Shown here: one piece after another, positions 1 through 8,147 of the stretch | How the letters are laid out: every line of letters begins with the position of its first letter | How positions within the stretch are numbered: position 1 is the first letter of the stretch | Origin: a virus | Lineage: Duplodnaviria; Caudoviricetes | IMG/VR virus record: IMGVR_UViG_3300036987_000072 | Coordinates: 1-58,520 of that record | Strand: one strand, 5' to 3' | DNA length: 58,520 nucleotides | Made by a program: the position numbers and the translations under genes | The notes under the pieces: model-generated | Told to the model about the DNA's origin: nothing | The model's database searches: none | The model's input: the letters and a program-made list of their open reading frames with translations, nothing else

Positions 1-2
1 TC

Positions 3-614
3 GCGCGCGGGCTCGATTATGCTCTCGTCGTCGAGGACGACGCCATCCTGCCGCACGATCTTCCGCAGATCGTGCAGACGGTGTTGGCCAATGCCCCGCC
101 GGCCTGGGACTACATCCACCTGTCGGGCGACGTACAGCGCGCTTTCAAGCCCGTCGCATCGCTGGGAGTGACCGGCAAGCTGGTCCGCTATTCGCGTGTC
201 CCTGGTGGCACCGTCGGCTATTTGATCAGTCGCGAAGGCGCGCGGAAGTTCCTCGTGCCATCGAAGCGCATATGGCCGATCGATACCGATTTCCGGCGGC
301 CGTGGACATTCCGGTTGGACATATTCGGGGTGCATCCGAGGGTCATCAATCATAGCGACGACCTGGGCTCACCGATCCAGGCGCTGGGGGGCAGGGCCCG
401 TCAGCGCCGCGGGCTTCCGAAGCCTTCGCGGCATTCCTTGACAGGAAATCCGCTTCATAGCCTGGGCGGTGCCTATCACAATATCCGCTCGCTGGGTCTG
501 GTTTGGTGGGCGGTCTGCTGCTGGCGGAACTTGCAGCGGAAGCTCTTGGGCTCCAAGGCGAGCGCCGCGCGAGAGCAGGAAGCGGCCGTCGCTGTCAGAT
601 CGGGTGCGCTGTAG
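3..614 (+). CDS. Glycosyltransferase family 25 (LPS/LOS biosynthesis), 5'-truncated by window edge; host gene
   Basis: Frame is open from the window start: ARGLDYALVVEDDAIL (GT25 EDD motif), GTVGYLISREGARKFL, WPIDTDF. Confidence 0.8.
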   Translation, partial: ARGLDYALVVEDDAILPHDLPQIVQTVLANAPPAWDYIHLSGDVQRAFKPVASLGVTGKLVRYSRVPGGTVGYLISREGARKFLVPSKRIWPIDTDFRRPWTFRLDIFGVHPRVINHSDDLGSPIQALGGRARQRRGLPKPSRHSLTGNPLHSLGGAYHNIRSLGLVWWAVCCWRNLQRKLLGSKASAAREQEAAVAVRSGAL

Positions 615-733
615 CGCCTAAGTGTGTGCGTCTTGCTCGCGTGTAAGTCTACAGTTCGAGCCAACTCGCGGGACAATACTCTCAACGTTCGCGTGTGCGT
701 GTCTCGGGTGAACAATTTGCTGGTGCTCGATTT

Positions 734-1942
734 ATGTTTGGCCTGATCAAGCTGCCAAAGGCGCATCCTGAAGTCGTGGCGACGCTTCGGTCTGCCATCG
801 ACGACGCCGTCGAGATAAGGTCTATCAAACCGAATTCCCCGTTCGACATTGCAAGAGGACTGGCTCCATCGTCGAGCCCTCATATCGATCAGCTTGCCGA
901 TCTGTTCGAGTTGATGCGCGAAGGGGCAAAAGAACCGTATCACCACAGGTTGATCCAAGACGTGGATCGCAGAACGGCCTCATGGCTTCTACACCGCATG
1001 CGCTTTGAGTTGAGAGCGCGGACTGCACGCCATAGAATCGAGGAAGCGAAGCTCCGAGGTGCGGTGACCTGGAATGGTCAGGTAGATGACGCAGCGATTG
1101 TCGCTCACGTGCTTCAACGGCTTGGCGTTCCAACGCTCTACGCTGAGCTTTCTCCCTTCAAAGGACGCTATTTTCTCGATTTCGAAGGCGTAAATGCCGC
1201 CTCGTCGCTGCAGAGCGTGCGGCCCGAAGAACTCGATCCGTACGAGGATGAAGAGGATCTGTTTGGTCGCTTGAAAGACAGCTACCTTGGGCGACGAACG
1301 TCATCGAGCGCTGTGCAGGATCCCAGCGGCTTGCCGCGCGACTTTGTTTTTGCCGCTCTGCAAGTTCCTACCGACACTCAAATCATACTCCATGGCGGCG
1401 CGATACGCCGTCAAACTGAGTACGTGTCTTTGCTCGGCGAGTTGCTGCCGTTGTTGCCCCCTGGTACCGCGCTCGTCGTCAAACCTCATCCCATGTCACC
1501 GTATAGCGACGCGTATTTGAGGCGTGCCATAGGTCGAGAGGTTTTCGTAGCCAGCGGCTATGAGACGCGCGACCTGCTCGAGCGTTGCAGGGCGATCGTA
1601 ACGGTCAACAGCAGCATAGGTGTGGACGGGTTCTTGTTCGACAAGCCGGTGATCGCAGTTGGGAATGCGCCTTGGGTCAAACCCGCGCTTGCGATGCGCG
1701 CGAGCACGGCCGTGGAAATCGCGACGTCTATTGCAAGCTTGCCCAAGTTCGAAAAACGTCTGCGCCAGAGGTTTCTGGCGCACTGGTTTCACGCCTACAC
1801 ATGGCAGCAGTTCGAGAAGCCGGCCGTGTTGAGGGAATTCGTCGCCCGGAAGCTTGAGGTCGCGCAGCAGCGTCTAGCCCCCCCCGGCGATGGCTTCATG
1901 AGCCGAAACGTGCGCCCGGTGTCGGCAGCGTTGGCCATGTGA
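734..1942 (+). CDS. Capsular polysaccharide modification/export protein, KpsS/LipB-like; host gene
   Basis: Motifs FAALQVPTDTQI, VVKPHP, TVNSSIGVDGFLFDKPVIAVG typical of the KpsS/KpsC family; start could be 695 or 734. Confidence 0.7.
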   Translation: MFGLIKLPKAHPEVVATLRSAIDDAVEIRSIKPNSPFDIARGLAPSSSPHIDQLADLFELMREGAKEPYHHRLIQDVDRRTASWLLHRMRFELRARTARHRIEEAKLRGAVTWNGQVDDAAIVAHVLQRLGVPTLYAELSPFKGRYFLDFEGVNAASSLQSVRPEELDPYEDEEDLFGRLKDSYLGRRTSSSAVQDPSGLPRDFVFAALQVPTDTQIILHGGAIRRQTEYVSLLGELLPLLPPGTALVVKPHPMSPYSDAYLRRAIGREVFVASGYETRDLLERCRAIVTVNSSIGVDGFLFDKPVIAVGNAPWVKPALAMRASTAVEIATSIASLPKFEKRLRQRFLAHWFHAYTWQQFEKPAVLREFVARKLEVAQQRLAPPGDGFMSRNVRPVSAALAM

Positions 1943-1949
1943 TTGGGAG

Positions 1950-1967
1950 TGGCGATCCCGGCAGGAT
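1950..1967. repeat. att core, left copy (TGGCGATCCCGGCAGGAT)
   Basis: Identical to 58394-58411, the 3' end of tRNA-Arg. Confidence 0.92.
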
Positions 1968-2010
1968 GTCCACCCGCTAAAAATCGCGTGTATTATCATA
2001 TAGTTGGCCA

Positions 2011-2046
2011 CGGTGGGAAAGTCACCCGATGTCGCGGTGGGAAAGT
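2011..2046. promoter_or_regulatory. Putative integrase arm-type sites, 2x CGGTGGGAAAGT
   Basis: Copies at 2011-2022 and 2035-2046; same 12-mer at 58305-58316 and an inverted partial copy at 58354-58363 near the other att. Confidence 0.65.
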
Positions 2047-3170
2047 TTTGTTCCCGGTTCGGCCTCACCATCCTCGTCGCCGATGAGCTTCATGCCCTTT
2101 CCGGCGAGCTTTTTGCGGTTCGCCTTGCGGGTGTACGTTTCGGCCTCGGTTAGCGACTTCCAGCCGAACATGGACTGCAGCTCGTGAGTGGTGGCGCCGT
2201 TGTCGGCGGCCATGGTGGCGTCAGCCTTGCGGATGCCGTGGGCCGAGCATTGTGGCAGCTCGGCCTCGTCGCACCATTCCCGGAATTTGTTGCCGAACCC
2301 CTTTATCGAGAACGGCACGCCGAGCGATGTCACCAGCAGGGTTAGGTCGCCCGTCGGGCTCGCTTCAATGATGCGCGCCAACTCGGGCAGCACAGGGATC
2401 TCGATGTCGACCGGATGCCGCTTGCGGTTTTTGTACTGGCGCATGCGGAGCCATCCGTTCCGCAGGTGCTGCTTCCCCAGGCGGACGGCGTCCGATTTGC
2501 GCAGGCCAGTGTAACGAAAGATCGCGAACGCGAGGCGCGCCTTGGTGCCGATCGGATGGCGGCGCTCGAACTGTTCGATTTCCGCCTCGGTCCAGGTGTG
2601 ATGCCCACCGCCGAGGGCCTTCTCGTGCGGCACGTCGCGCGCCGGATTGCCCTCGATGCCGGGCGTGTCGTCGTCAATCGCCCAGGCGAACACGTAGCCG
2701 ATGCACTTGATGCGATGGTTGGCAGCGGTGGGGAAGCCGGCGGCGGCCTTGCGATCGCGCAGGACGCGCACCTGCTTAGGCCCCATCTTGCTCGCGGGCA
2801 TGTCGCCGAACACTTCCGGCGCACCGGGCCGCCGCGGCTCCGCAAATGTGCCTGTCAGTACGCCGCGTCGAAACGATTGCGTTTGGCTATCGAGGCCGAG
2901 GAAACTGCGGGAACGCATGTAGTTCTCGGCCAGCCATCGCCAGGTGCCTGGAGCTGGTGCGCCGTTTGGATCGGATGCCGCCGGTGGAGCATCGCCGCCG
3001 CCGGTCAGTTCCTTGTACCTGGCAACAAACTCGGGACTGCCGAGCGGCTCCTTGATGCGCGTTTTCGGCATGCCTTTGCCGCGCCAATAGTAAACGCGCA
3101 CGTTCCCGTGCCGATCGGTGTCGGTGTAGACGTATGGGAATTGCACATCGACCACGGCGCCCCTCGTCAT
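2022..3170 (-). CDS. int: Tyrosine recombinase/phage integrase
   Basis: YTGLRKSD (R), SAHGIRK (H-x-x-R), GW and TY catalytic motifs; adjacent to att; ATGA overlap with xis supports start 3170. Confidence 0.93.
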   Translation of the reverse strand: MTRGAVVDVQFPYVYTDTDRHGNVRVYYWRGKGMPKTRIKEPLGSPEFVARYKELTGGGDAPPAASDPNGAPAPGTWRWLAENYMRSRSFLGLDSQTQSFRRGVLTGTFAEPRRPGAPEVFGDMPASKMGPKQVRVLRDRKAAAGFPTAANHRIKCIGYVFAWAIDDDTPGIEGNPARDVPHEKALGGGHHTWTEAEIEQFERRHPIGTKARLAFAIFRYTGLRKSDAVRLGKQHLRNGWLRMRQYKNRKRHPVDIEIPVLPELARIIEASPTGDLTLLVTSLGVPFSIKGFGNKFREWCDEAELPQCSAHGIRKADATMAADNGATTHELQSMFGWKSLTEAETYTRKANRKKLAGKGMKLIGDEDGEAEPGTKLSHRDIG

Positions 3171-3424
3171 GGGGCGACGTTGTCCCAAATATCGTCCGGC
3201 TTTTCGGACGCCCGCCCCGCCACATCGGGCAATGCCTCAAAGGCGATGTCAAGCCTAACAACGTCCCATACAACGCGGCCATCAATTCGCTTCGGCCGGG
3301 GCATGCGGCCGTCGGCGACCATTTCGTCGAACTTGGTGGCGCCTACGCCGACGTATTCGGCGGCCTGTTCACGCGACAGGCCGCGCGGGGACATTCCCCT
3401 CGGTAAGACGGACCGCCGAGCCAT
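3167..3424 (-). CDS. Excisionase/AlpA-like HTH protein
   Basis: PRGLSREQAAEYVGVGATKFDEMVADGRMPRPKRIDGRVVWD; immediately upstream of int. Confidence 0.8.
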   Translation of the reverse strand: MARRSVLPRGMSPRGLSREQAAEYVGVGATKFDEMVADGRMPRPKRIDGRVVWDVVRLDIAFEALPDVAGRASEKPDDIWDNVAP

Positions 3425-3425
3425 T

Positions 3426-3809
3426 TCACCCCCCTGCAGCCGCCGGTGCGGCCTGAGCGGCAATCGGAAGTGCGGTGTCGGGCGGGACTGCGGCGCCGGC
3501 GAGGACCGCCAGGCGGCGCTTGGCGCGATAGCGATCCTCTGGTGGGATGCCACCCGCGTCGACGCCCGCCAGGTCGTGCCGGTGCGTGCCCATGGCGATA
3601 CGCCGGAGATAGATGCGCGAGGACGTGTATCGGCTAAACCAGTCGCGCAGGCGCGCTTTGTCGGCGTTCGGATAGAGCGCCAAGAGGTCGTAAAAAATGC
3701 CGATCTTGAGCGCCTTTGGACGCTGAGCCGCGAACACGCCGGGCAGCTTGCTCGGCGACACGCGGAGGATCTGCGCTAGCTCGCGCTGGTATTCCTGCAG
3801 GGTGCTCAT
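3426..3809 (-). CDS. ProQ/FinO-domain RNA-binding protein
   Basis: LPGVF..RPKALKIGIFYDL, RYTSSRIYLRRIAMGTHRHDLAG match the FinO/ProQ signature (PLKIGI, YT..YL, R.DL.G). Confidence 0.8.
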   Translation of the reverse strand: MSTLQEYQRELAQILRVSPSKLPGVFAAQRPKALKIGIFYDLLALYPNADKARLRDWFSRYTSSRIYLRRIAMGTHRHDLAGVDAGGIPPEDRYRAKRRLAVLAGAAVPPDTALPIAAQAAPAAAGG

Positions 3810-4078
3810 GCGGCTGCCTCGGCGCTGGCGAGCACTAGCGTGTGGCCGTCGAGCCGGAAGCTGCGAAAGCCGCCGCGCTTCTGGGCGACAACCGCCTCGA
3901 GGAGCGCCGGCTCGATCAGCGCAAACTTGAAGCCCGCCATCACGCCGACGAAATCGTCGCCGGCGTAGCGGTCGCGCATATAGCCCGCTGCTTCGTCGAG
4001 CGCCTGCTTTAGGGTTTCGCCAGCGCCCCATATGCCGGCGGGTGCGTCGGTGTAGGCCGCATAAATTCGAGTGGTCAT
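3806..4078 (-). CDS. Hypothetical phage protein
   Basis: SD-like AAGGGG, ATGA coupling to the ProQ gene. Confidence 0.6.
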   Translation of the reverse strand: MTTRIYAAYTDAPAGIWGAGETLKQALDEAAGYMRDRYAGDDFVGVMAGFKFALIEPALLEAVVAQKRGGFRSFRLDGHTLVLASAEAAA

Positions 4079-4103
4079 CAAATGCCCCTTGGTTCGATTC
4101 CCA

Positions 4104-4152
4104 GGGAGCGCGAGCACGTAGAAGGGAGGATGATCGACGCGCTCGCGCCCCC
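4104..4152 (-). ncRNA. Intergenic 16-bp hairpin with CCUCCC anti-SD-like loop
   Basis: GGGGGCGCGAGCGCGT / ACGTGCTCGCGCTCCC pair fully with two G-U pairs on the minus strand; loop CGATCATCCTCCCTTCT. Confidence 0.45.
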
Positions 4153-4155
4153 GCC

Positions 4156-4470
4156 TCAACGGTCCGCCGCCGAACCGTTGTTCTCTGCAGCGCGTCGGGC
4201 CCTCTTTTCGATGGCGTCAAGCTCGACTGCGTGCGCGTTGCACATGGAGGCGTGGGCGCGCGCGCGCCGCCGCTCACCGTGCGGTGTCTTGAGATTGTCG
4301 GCGTGCTGCTGGCAGATCAGCGCCGCCTCGATGAACGCCTCGCGCATGAAGCGAAGGCGCCCCCACAGCGCGCGCATTGCGCCATCGGTCGGTGGGACCT
4401 CGGGTGGCGCCGGCGCCGCGAACGCTTCGCGCATGGCATCGCCGGACGTGTCGCGACGGACGCCGCTCAT
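4156..4470 (-). CDS. Hypothetical phage protein
   Basis: ATGA-coupled to 4467-4775 in the early-left operon. Confidence 0.55.
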   Translation of the reverse strand: MSGVRRDTSGDAMREAFAAPAPPEVPPTDGAMRALWGRLRFMREAFIEAALICQQHADNLKTPHGERRRARAHASMCNAHAVELDAIEKRARRAAENNGSAADR

Positions 4471-4775
4471 CGCGTCGTTCCCACTTCAAGCGCAGCGCGC
4501 AGGCGCTGGGCGCATTCCTGGGCCGACGCGGGCGCGCCGACTGCACCCAGAGCCGCAAACACCAGCTCGAGCCGGCCGCCGTGGGAGATTGAGCAAAGCA
4601 ATCGCCTAGCGGCATCCTCGGCAATTTGCTCCGGCTTCGGCATCGTGCCGAACTGGCGTTCCCAAAGGCGGGCGGCCTCAAGGATCTCGTGCATCGTGTT
4701 CGACGTGATGAGGTCGATCGACTTGTGAAGCTTTGGTGCCGGCTGCGCCGACGGGTTCGCATTCGTTTCGGTCAT
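4467..4775 (-). CDS. Hypothetical phage protein, first gene of the early-left operon
   Basis: SD GCGGGGA upstream; downstream of a leftward promoter/operator. Confidence 0.6.
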   Translation of the reverse strand: MTETNANPSAQPAPKLHKSIDLITSNTMHEILEAARLWERQFGTMPKPEQIAEDAARRLLCSISHGGRLELVFAALGAVGAPASAQECAQRLRAALEVGTTR

Positions 4776-4804
4776 CGGAATCCCCGCTTAGGTTGTGCCG
4801 GCCC

Positions 4805-4833
4805 AACGTCGGAAATTTCCGACGTTACGTCAA
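4805..4833 (-). promoter_or_regulatory. PL-like promoter with repressor operator
   Basis: Perfect 22-bp palindrome AACGTCGGAAATTTCCGACGTT (4805-4826) next to minus-strand -35 TTGACG (4828-4833); more TCCGAC half-sites to ~4880. Confidence 0.7.
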
Positions 4834-4951
4834 TTCAATTTCCGACGCTCAACGCAGCTTCCGACCTACAGCGTCGGGAACGTCACCGGCGGACTGGCGC
4901 CCTCGAGCTGTGGCCGTTAGGGTGTGGAGGGAATGGGGAAGGGGAATCAGG

Positions 4952-5497
4952 ATGGCACCGACGATCCGCGCGGCGATCGCCGCCGCAGCGCTGGGACTGA
5001 GCGCCAGCGCCGCTAGCGCGCAGTGGGTTCACAGCGCCGGCGAGGACGATCCGTTCGCAGGCGGGGCGCTGCAGTTGGCGATGAGCTTTAGCGAGATGGG
5101 CGAGATGGTCGCCTTCCGTTGTACGACGTCGGCCGACCTGGCGTTCATGTATGTCAGCATGGAAAAACCGACCGACGACCTGGCCGCAAACCTACCCACA
5201 TTCGCAGCGGGCAAGCCCGCACTGCTCGTTGTCGTCGACGACGATCCGGTGGTGCGTCTGCCGGCCGCGATCGAGATTACACCGGACCACGAGCGTCTGC
5301 GCTACGTGGCCGTTGGTGCGGCCGTGGCGCCGCTGGCGCAACGCGTCGGGGCGGCGCGCAAGCGCGTGGCGATCGCCTTCGAATTTAATGGTCAGCGCGT
5401 CCAGAGCACGGCCGTCAACGTGCGCGGATCGAAGTCCGTCATGTCGAAATTGGTCACGGCGTGCCGGCTAGGGGCCGACAGCGCCGCCGCGCGCTAA
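4952..5497 (+). CDS. Exported/periplasmic hypothetical protein (possible moron or exclusion protein)
   Basis: N-terminal signal peptide MAPTIRAAIAAAALGLSASAASA-QW; convergent with cI. Confidence 0.65.
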   Translation: MAPTIRAAIAAAALGLSASAASAQWVHSAGEDDPFAGGALQLAMSFSEMGEMVAFRCTTSADLAFMYVSMEKPTDDLAANLPTFAAGKPALLVVVDDDPVVRLPAAIEITPDHERLRYVAVGAAVAPLAQRVGAARKRVAIAFEFNGQRVQSTAVNVRGSKSVMSKLVTACRLGADSAAAR

Positions 5498-6138
5498 ACT
5501 GCGCCAGAGTCGCCATTTTCGGCCATATCGTCGATCACGTAGGCCAGCGTGCCCTTGATGACGGCGATGATTTCTGTGCTCGGATCAGTCAGGGAAATGA
5601 TTTCATTAATGCCCGACGAGTTGGTCACCAGCTTGTTGGGCGGGATGAACTGCCGGACCACCGTCCCGTAATTTTTCGTGCCCTGGTAGCTGTCGGTCAG
5701 CTGGGCGAGCACAACCTTGCCCGCCGCGATCTTGGCTGGGTCGGCCTCGTTAAGGTCGATCGCGAGAATGTTGCCCTGCAGTATCGGCCGCGGGCGCTGG
5801 TCGAGGGCGTTGGTCAGCATCTTGAACAGGGCGACATTCGCCGGCGGCGTCGGATAGTTCGGGCGCGGGCTGATCGCGACCGCGTCCTCCATCATGCCGC
5901 CGGGGATCTGAGATATTGCGACGACCGCCGGCACGCCGAGTGCCGCGGCGGGCAGTTTTAGGCGCTTGGCAAGTATCAGCTTTAGGTCATTCGACATCGC
6001 CCGCGGACTCCGCTTGATCAGGTAGTCGTTGAGGTAGGTCCGCGATTTCCCAAGCTCGCGGGAAACCTCGGCCTGATCGAGCCCAAGTTGCTCAAGGCGG
6101 CGCTCGATGAGCGCGCGAATGGCATCCGAATCTTCCAT
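5494..6138 (-). CDS. CI-like repressor (N-terminal XRE HTH, degenerate S24-like C-domain)
   Basis: LDQAEVSRELGKSRTYLNDYL HTH; divergent from a cro-like gene across the operator region. Confidence 0.8.
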   Translation of the reverse strand: MEDSDAIRALIERRLEQLGLDQAEVSRELGKSRTYLNDYLIKRSPRAMSNDLKLILAKRLKLPAAALGVPAVVAISQIPGGMMEDAVAISPRPNYPTPPANVALFKMLTNALDQRPRPILQGNILAIDLNEADPAKIAAGKVVLAQLTDSYQGTKNYGTVVRQFIPPNKLVTNSSGINEIISLTDPSTEIIAVIKGTLAYVIDDMAENGDSGAV

Positions 6139-6200
6139 ACGCCGGATGCTACTCGCGGCGTCGTCAGAAAACACCGGGGAACCTGTCCGACGCAAGGGGC

Positions 6201-6224
6201 TTGACGCGTCGGATGAATCCGACG
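6201..6224 (+). promoter_or_regulatory. PR-like -35 (TTGACG) followed by operator CGTCGGA-N4-TCCGACG
   Basis: Same operator motif as 4807-4824; extra half-site TCCGACG at 6186-6192. Confidence 0.7.
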
Positions 6225-6234
6225 ATCAAGGGGC

Positions 6235-6483
6235 ATGACGCTCGCACAAACAGCACAGGTCGAGTTCAAGCGGCAAGTCGAGGCTTTCCTCGCACTCAGC
6301 GGCATGAGCCATTCTCGTTTCGGTCTGGATGCCTGCGGCGACAAATCATTTGTGACGGACATGCGTAAGGGTAACCGCGAGTTTAGGCCGGCAACAATCG
6401 TGAAAATTGAAACATTCATGAACACTTGGCTGGCAGCAACAAATGCCAACATCGAGCCTGATCGCCTTAGTGCCAGTTTGTAA
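6235..6483 (+). CDS. Cro-like HTH regulator
   Basis: VEAFLALSGMSHSRFGLDACGDKSFVTDMRKG, typical alphaproteobacterial phage Cro-like protein; position opposite cI. Confidence 0.78.
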   Translation: MTLAQTAQVEFKRQVEAFLALSGMSHSRFGLDACGDKSFVTDMRKGNREFRPATIVKIETFMNTWLAATNANIEPDRLSASL

Positions 6484-6684
6484 AGCATTTCTTCGAGCGT
6501 CTGAGTGCGCGATCACACTTAAATGAACGCTGTTGTGTTTGTAGCTCGTCCCATCAGCTCACAGAGCGTCTGCGTTCGTCGCATCAGCTGGGTGTGACGG
6601 GCCCTGCCGCTCAAAGCAGGTGGTTGCGCCGTTCCCGCGCTTGGCCAGGTCCGGTCACGCGTCCTGGCGAGGGGATCGGCGGTG

Positions 6685-6760
6685 TGCGGGGTAGAGCAGA
6701 GGCCAGCTCGCCTGGTTCATACCCAGGAGGTCGGAGGTTCGAATCCTCCTCCCGCTACCA
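6685..6760 (+). tRNA. Phage-encoded tRNA-Met(CAT), initiator (fMet)-like
   Basis: 76-nt cloverleaf with CAT anticodon, TTCGAAT T-loop, encoded CCA, 1:72 mismatch (T:T) and A11:U24. Confidence 0.9.
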
Positions 6761-6868
6761 GTTTTCGTTGCCGGCGCGTGATGACCATGGGTGTGCGTTT
6801 CTCTCTCAAACTAGCCCGGCCGATCAAACCCGGCCGGGCACCTTTGGCGAGTACGTGTGCGGGGGCAC

Positions 6869-7504
6869 ATGCTGGAACCGCGGCCCGAAATCTTTCTCGC
6901 GTTGTCGCTGGCGGCTCTCACCGTGAGCGCGGTGGGCATGTGCTTTGTGCGGCGCAACGAGTCCAAGGCGGGACCGCGCCCGGCGCCATGGTCTGACCAG
7001 CCGAGTCCAGGGCCCCGATCGACGAGTCCAGGGTCCGGCAATGGTCGAGTCCCGGTCACGGCAAAGGACTCCCGGCCCGATTATCGCATCCAAATGAATG
7101 GCCACGCGCACGCCGTCGAGTTCGTCCGGTGGATGCGCGACCATGGGTTCGTGGGCCGCTATGCGGCGGCTGAGATCCTCGACTACTACGCTTGGTTCGC
7201 GATCGACTTCCGCGCGTTTCCGCTGCCGCAGTCGTTGCTTCTGGCGGCACTCAACGGTCACGGCGGCGTGCGCAAAAAGCGCGATCGCATCAAGGACCCC
7301 AAAACGGGCCGCGTCCTCAAGCTGGCGTCGGGCTCACCAGAGCGCACGACCTATTACACGATCGGCGAGGCGCCGGCCGAGCACTTGCCGGCTGGCGTCG
7401 CCGCGACGCCGCCAGGTCGCCGCGTCCCGAGCAAGGCTAAGCCCGCCGGCGGCGACGACTTGTTCGTCGGCGAGGAATTCACGACGAGGAAAAAAGCGGC
7501 ATGA
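6869..7504 (+). CDS. Hypothetical protein with N-terminal membrane anchor
   Basis: Hydrophobic IFLALSLAALTVSAVGMCFV, Pro-rich linker, basic C-domain; ATGA coupling to the next gene. Confidence 0.6.
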   Translation: MLEPRPEIFLALSLAALTVSAVGMCFVRRNESKAGPRPAPWSDQPSPGPRSTSPGSGNGRVPVTAKDSRPDYRIQMNGHAHAVEFVRWMRDHGFVGRYAAAEILDYYAWFAIDFRAFPLPQSLLLAALNGHGGVRKKRDRIKDPKTGRVLKLASGSPERTTYYTIGEAPAEHLPAGVAATPPGRRVPSKAKPAGGDDLFVGEEFTTRKKAA

Positions 7505-7947
7505 GCGGCTACGTCGACAAGACAGAGCGAGTTCCGCGGCCCTTCATCGTCGAACGAAAAAGGGCGTCCCGCCGTGCTGGCGCGTCTGCATTGCGCGGCC
7601 GGCCGGCGGGACCGACCGAGGAGCAGATCCACCGCACGGTCGTGCAGTGGCTCGACCGGCGCCGCACGGCGGGCGTGCACTTTTTTCATCCCGCTAACGG
7701 CGGGTTCAGAAACAAAGGCGAGGCCGCTCGCCTCAAGGCGATGGGCGTGCAGGCCGGCGAGCCGGACATCGTGCTCATCTTTCGCGGCCGCATATACGGC
7801 CTCGAGCTGAAAGCTGCGGGCGGCGTGCAGTCGCCCGACCAGGAACACATCGAACGTCAGTGGGAAGAAGCGGGCGCGACCTATGCGGTGGCGCGCGGCC
7901 TCGACTATGCGCTCGACACTTTGAGGGATTGGGGACTGCTGCAATGA
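7501..7947 (+). CDS. VRR-NUC domain nuclease
   Basis: EEQIH..FHPANGG..LKAMGVQAGEPDI..LELKA..SPDQ, PD-(D/E)XK VRR-NUC pattern. Confidence 0.85.
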   Translation: MSGYVDKTERVPRPFIVERKRASRRAGASALRGRPAGPTEEQIHRTVVQWLDRRRTAGVHFFHPANGGFRNKGEAARLKAMGVQAGEPDIVLIFRGRIYGLELKAAGGVQSPDQEHIERQWEEAGATYAVARGLDYALDTLRDWGLLQ

Positions 7948-8141
7948 GCACACACAAAACGACGGTGGCCGACATCGTGCGCACCGGACTAACCGCCGCC
8001 GCAAGTATGGCCGGCGCATCCGCAGCCGGCGCCGAGGGCGCGCTGGACGCCTCGCGTGTCGCTGAGCTTGAGCCGAAACGCGTGCGGCTGGCGCCGCCGC
8101 CGACGAGCCCGGGATACGAGCCCGACATGCTCGACGACTGA
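7944..8141 (+). CDS. Small hypothetical protein
   Basis: ATGA coupling to the VRR-NUC gene. Confidence 0.45.
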   Translation: MSTHKTTVADIVRTGLTAAASMAGASAAGAEGALDASRVAELEPKRVRLAPPPTSPGYEPDMLDD

Positions 8142-8147
8142 AAAAAC

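Noticed and set aside
4087-4106. T-arm-like GGTTCGATTCCC on the plus strand
   Set aside because: No D-arm, anticodon arm or acceptor stem; overlaps the minus-strand ribosome-binding region
4755-4769. GTTC-N7-TTTC near-LexA box
   Set aside because: Imperfect and inside a coding start; likely chance
6761-6850. Possible HDV-like ribozyme 3' of the phage tRNA
   Set aside because: Could not build the nested double pseudoknot; only a simple GCCCGGCCG/CGGCCGGGC hairpin is visible
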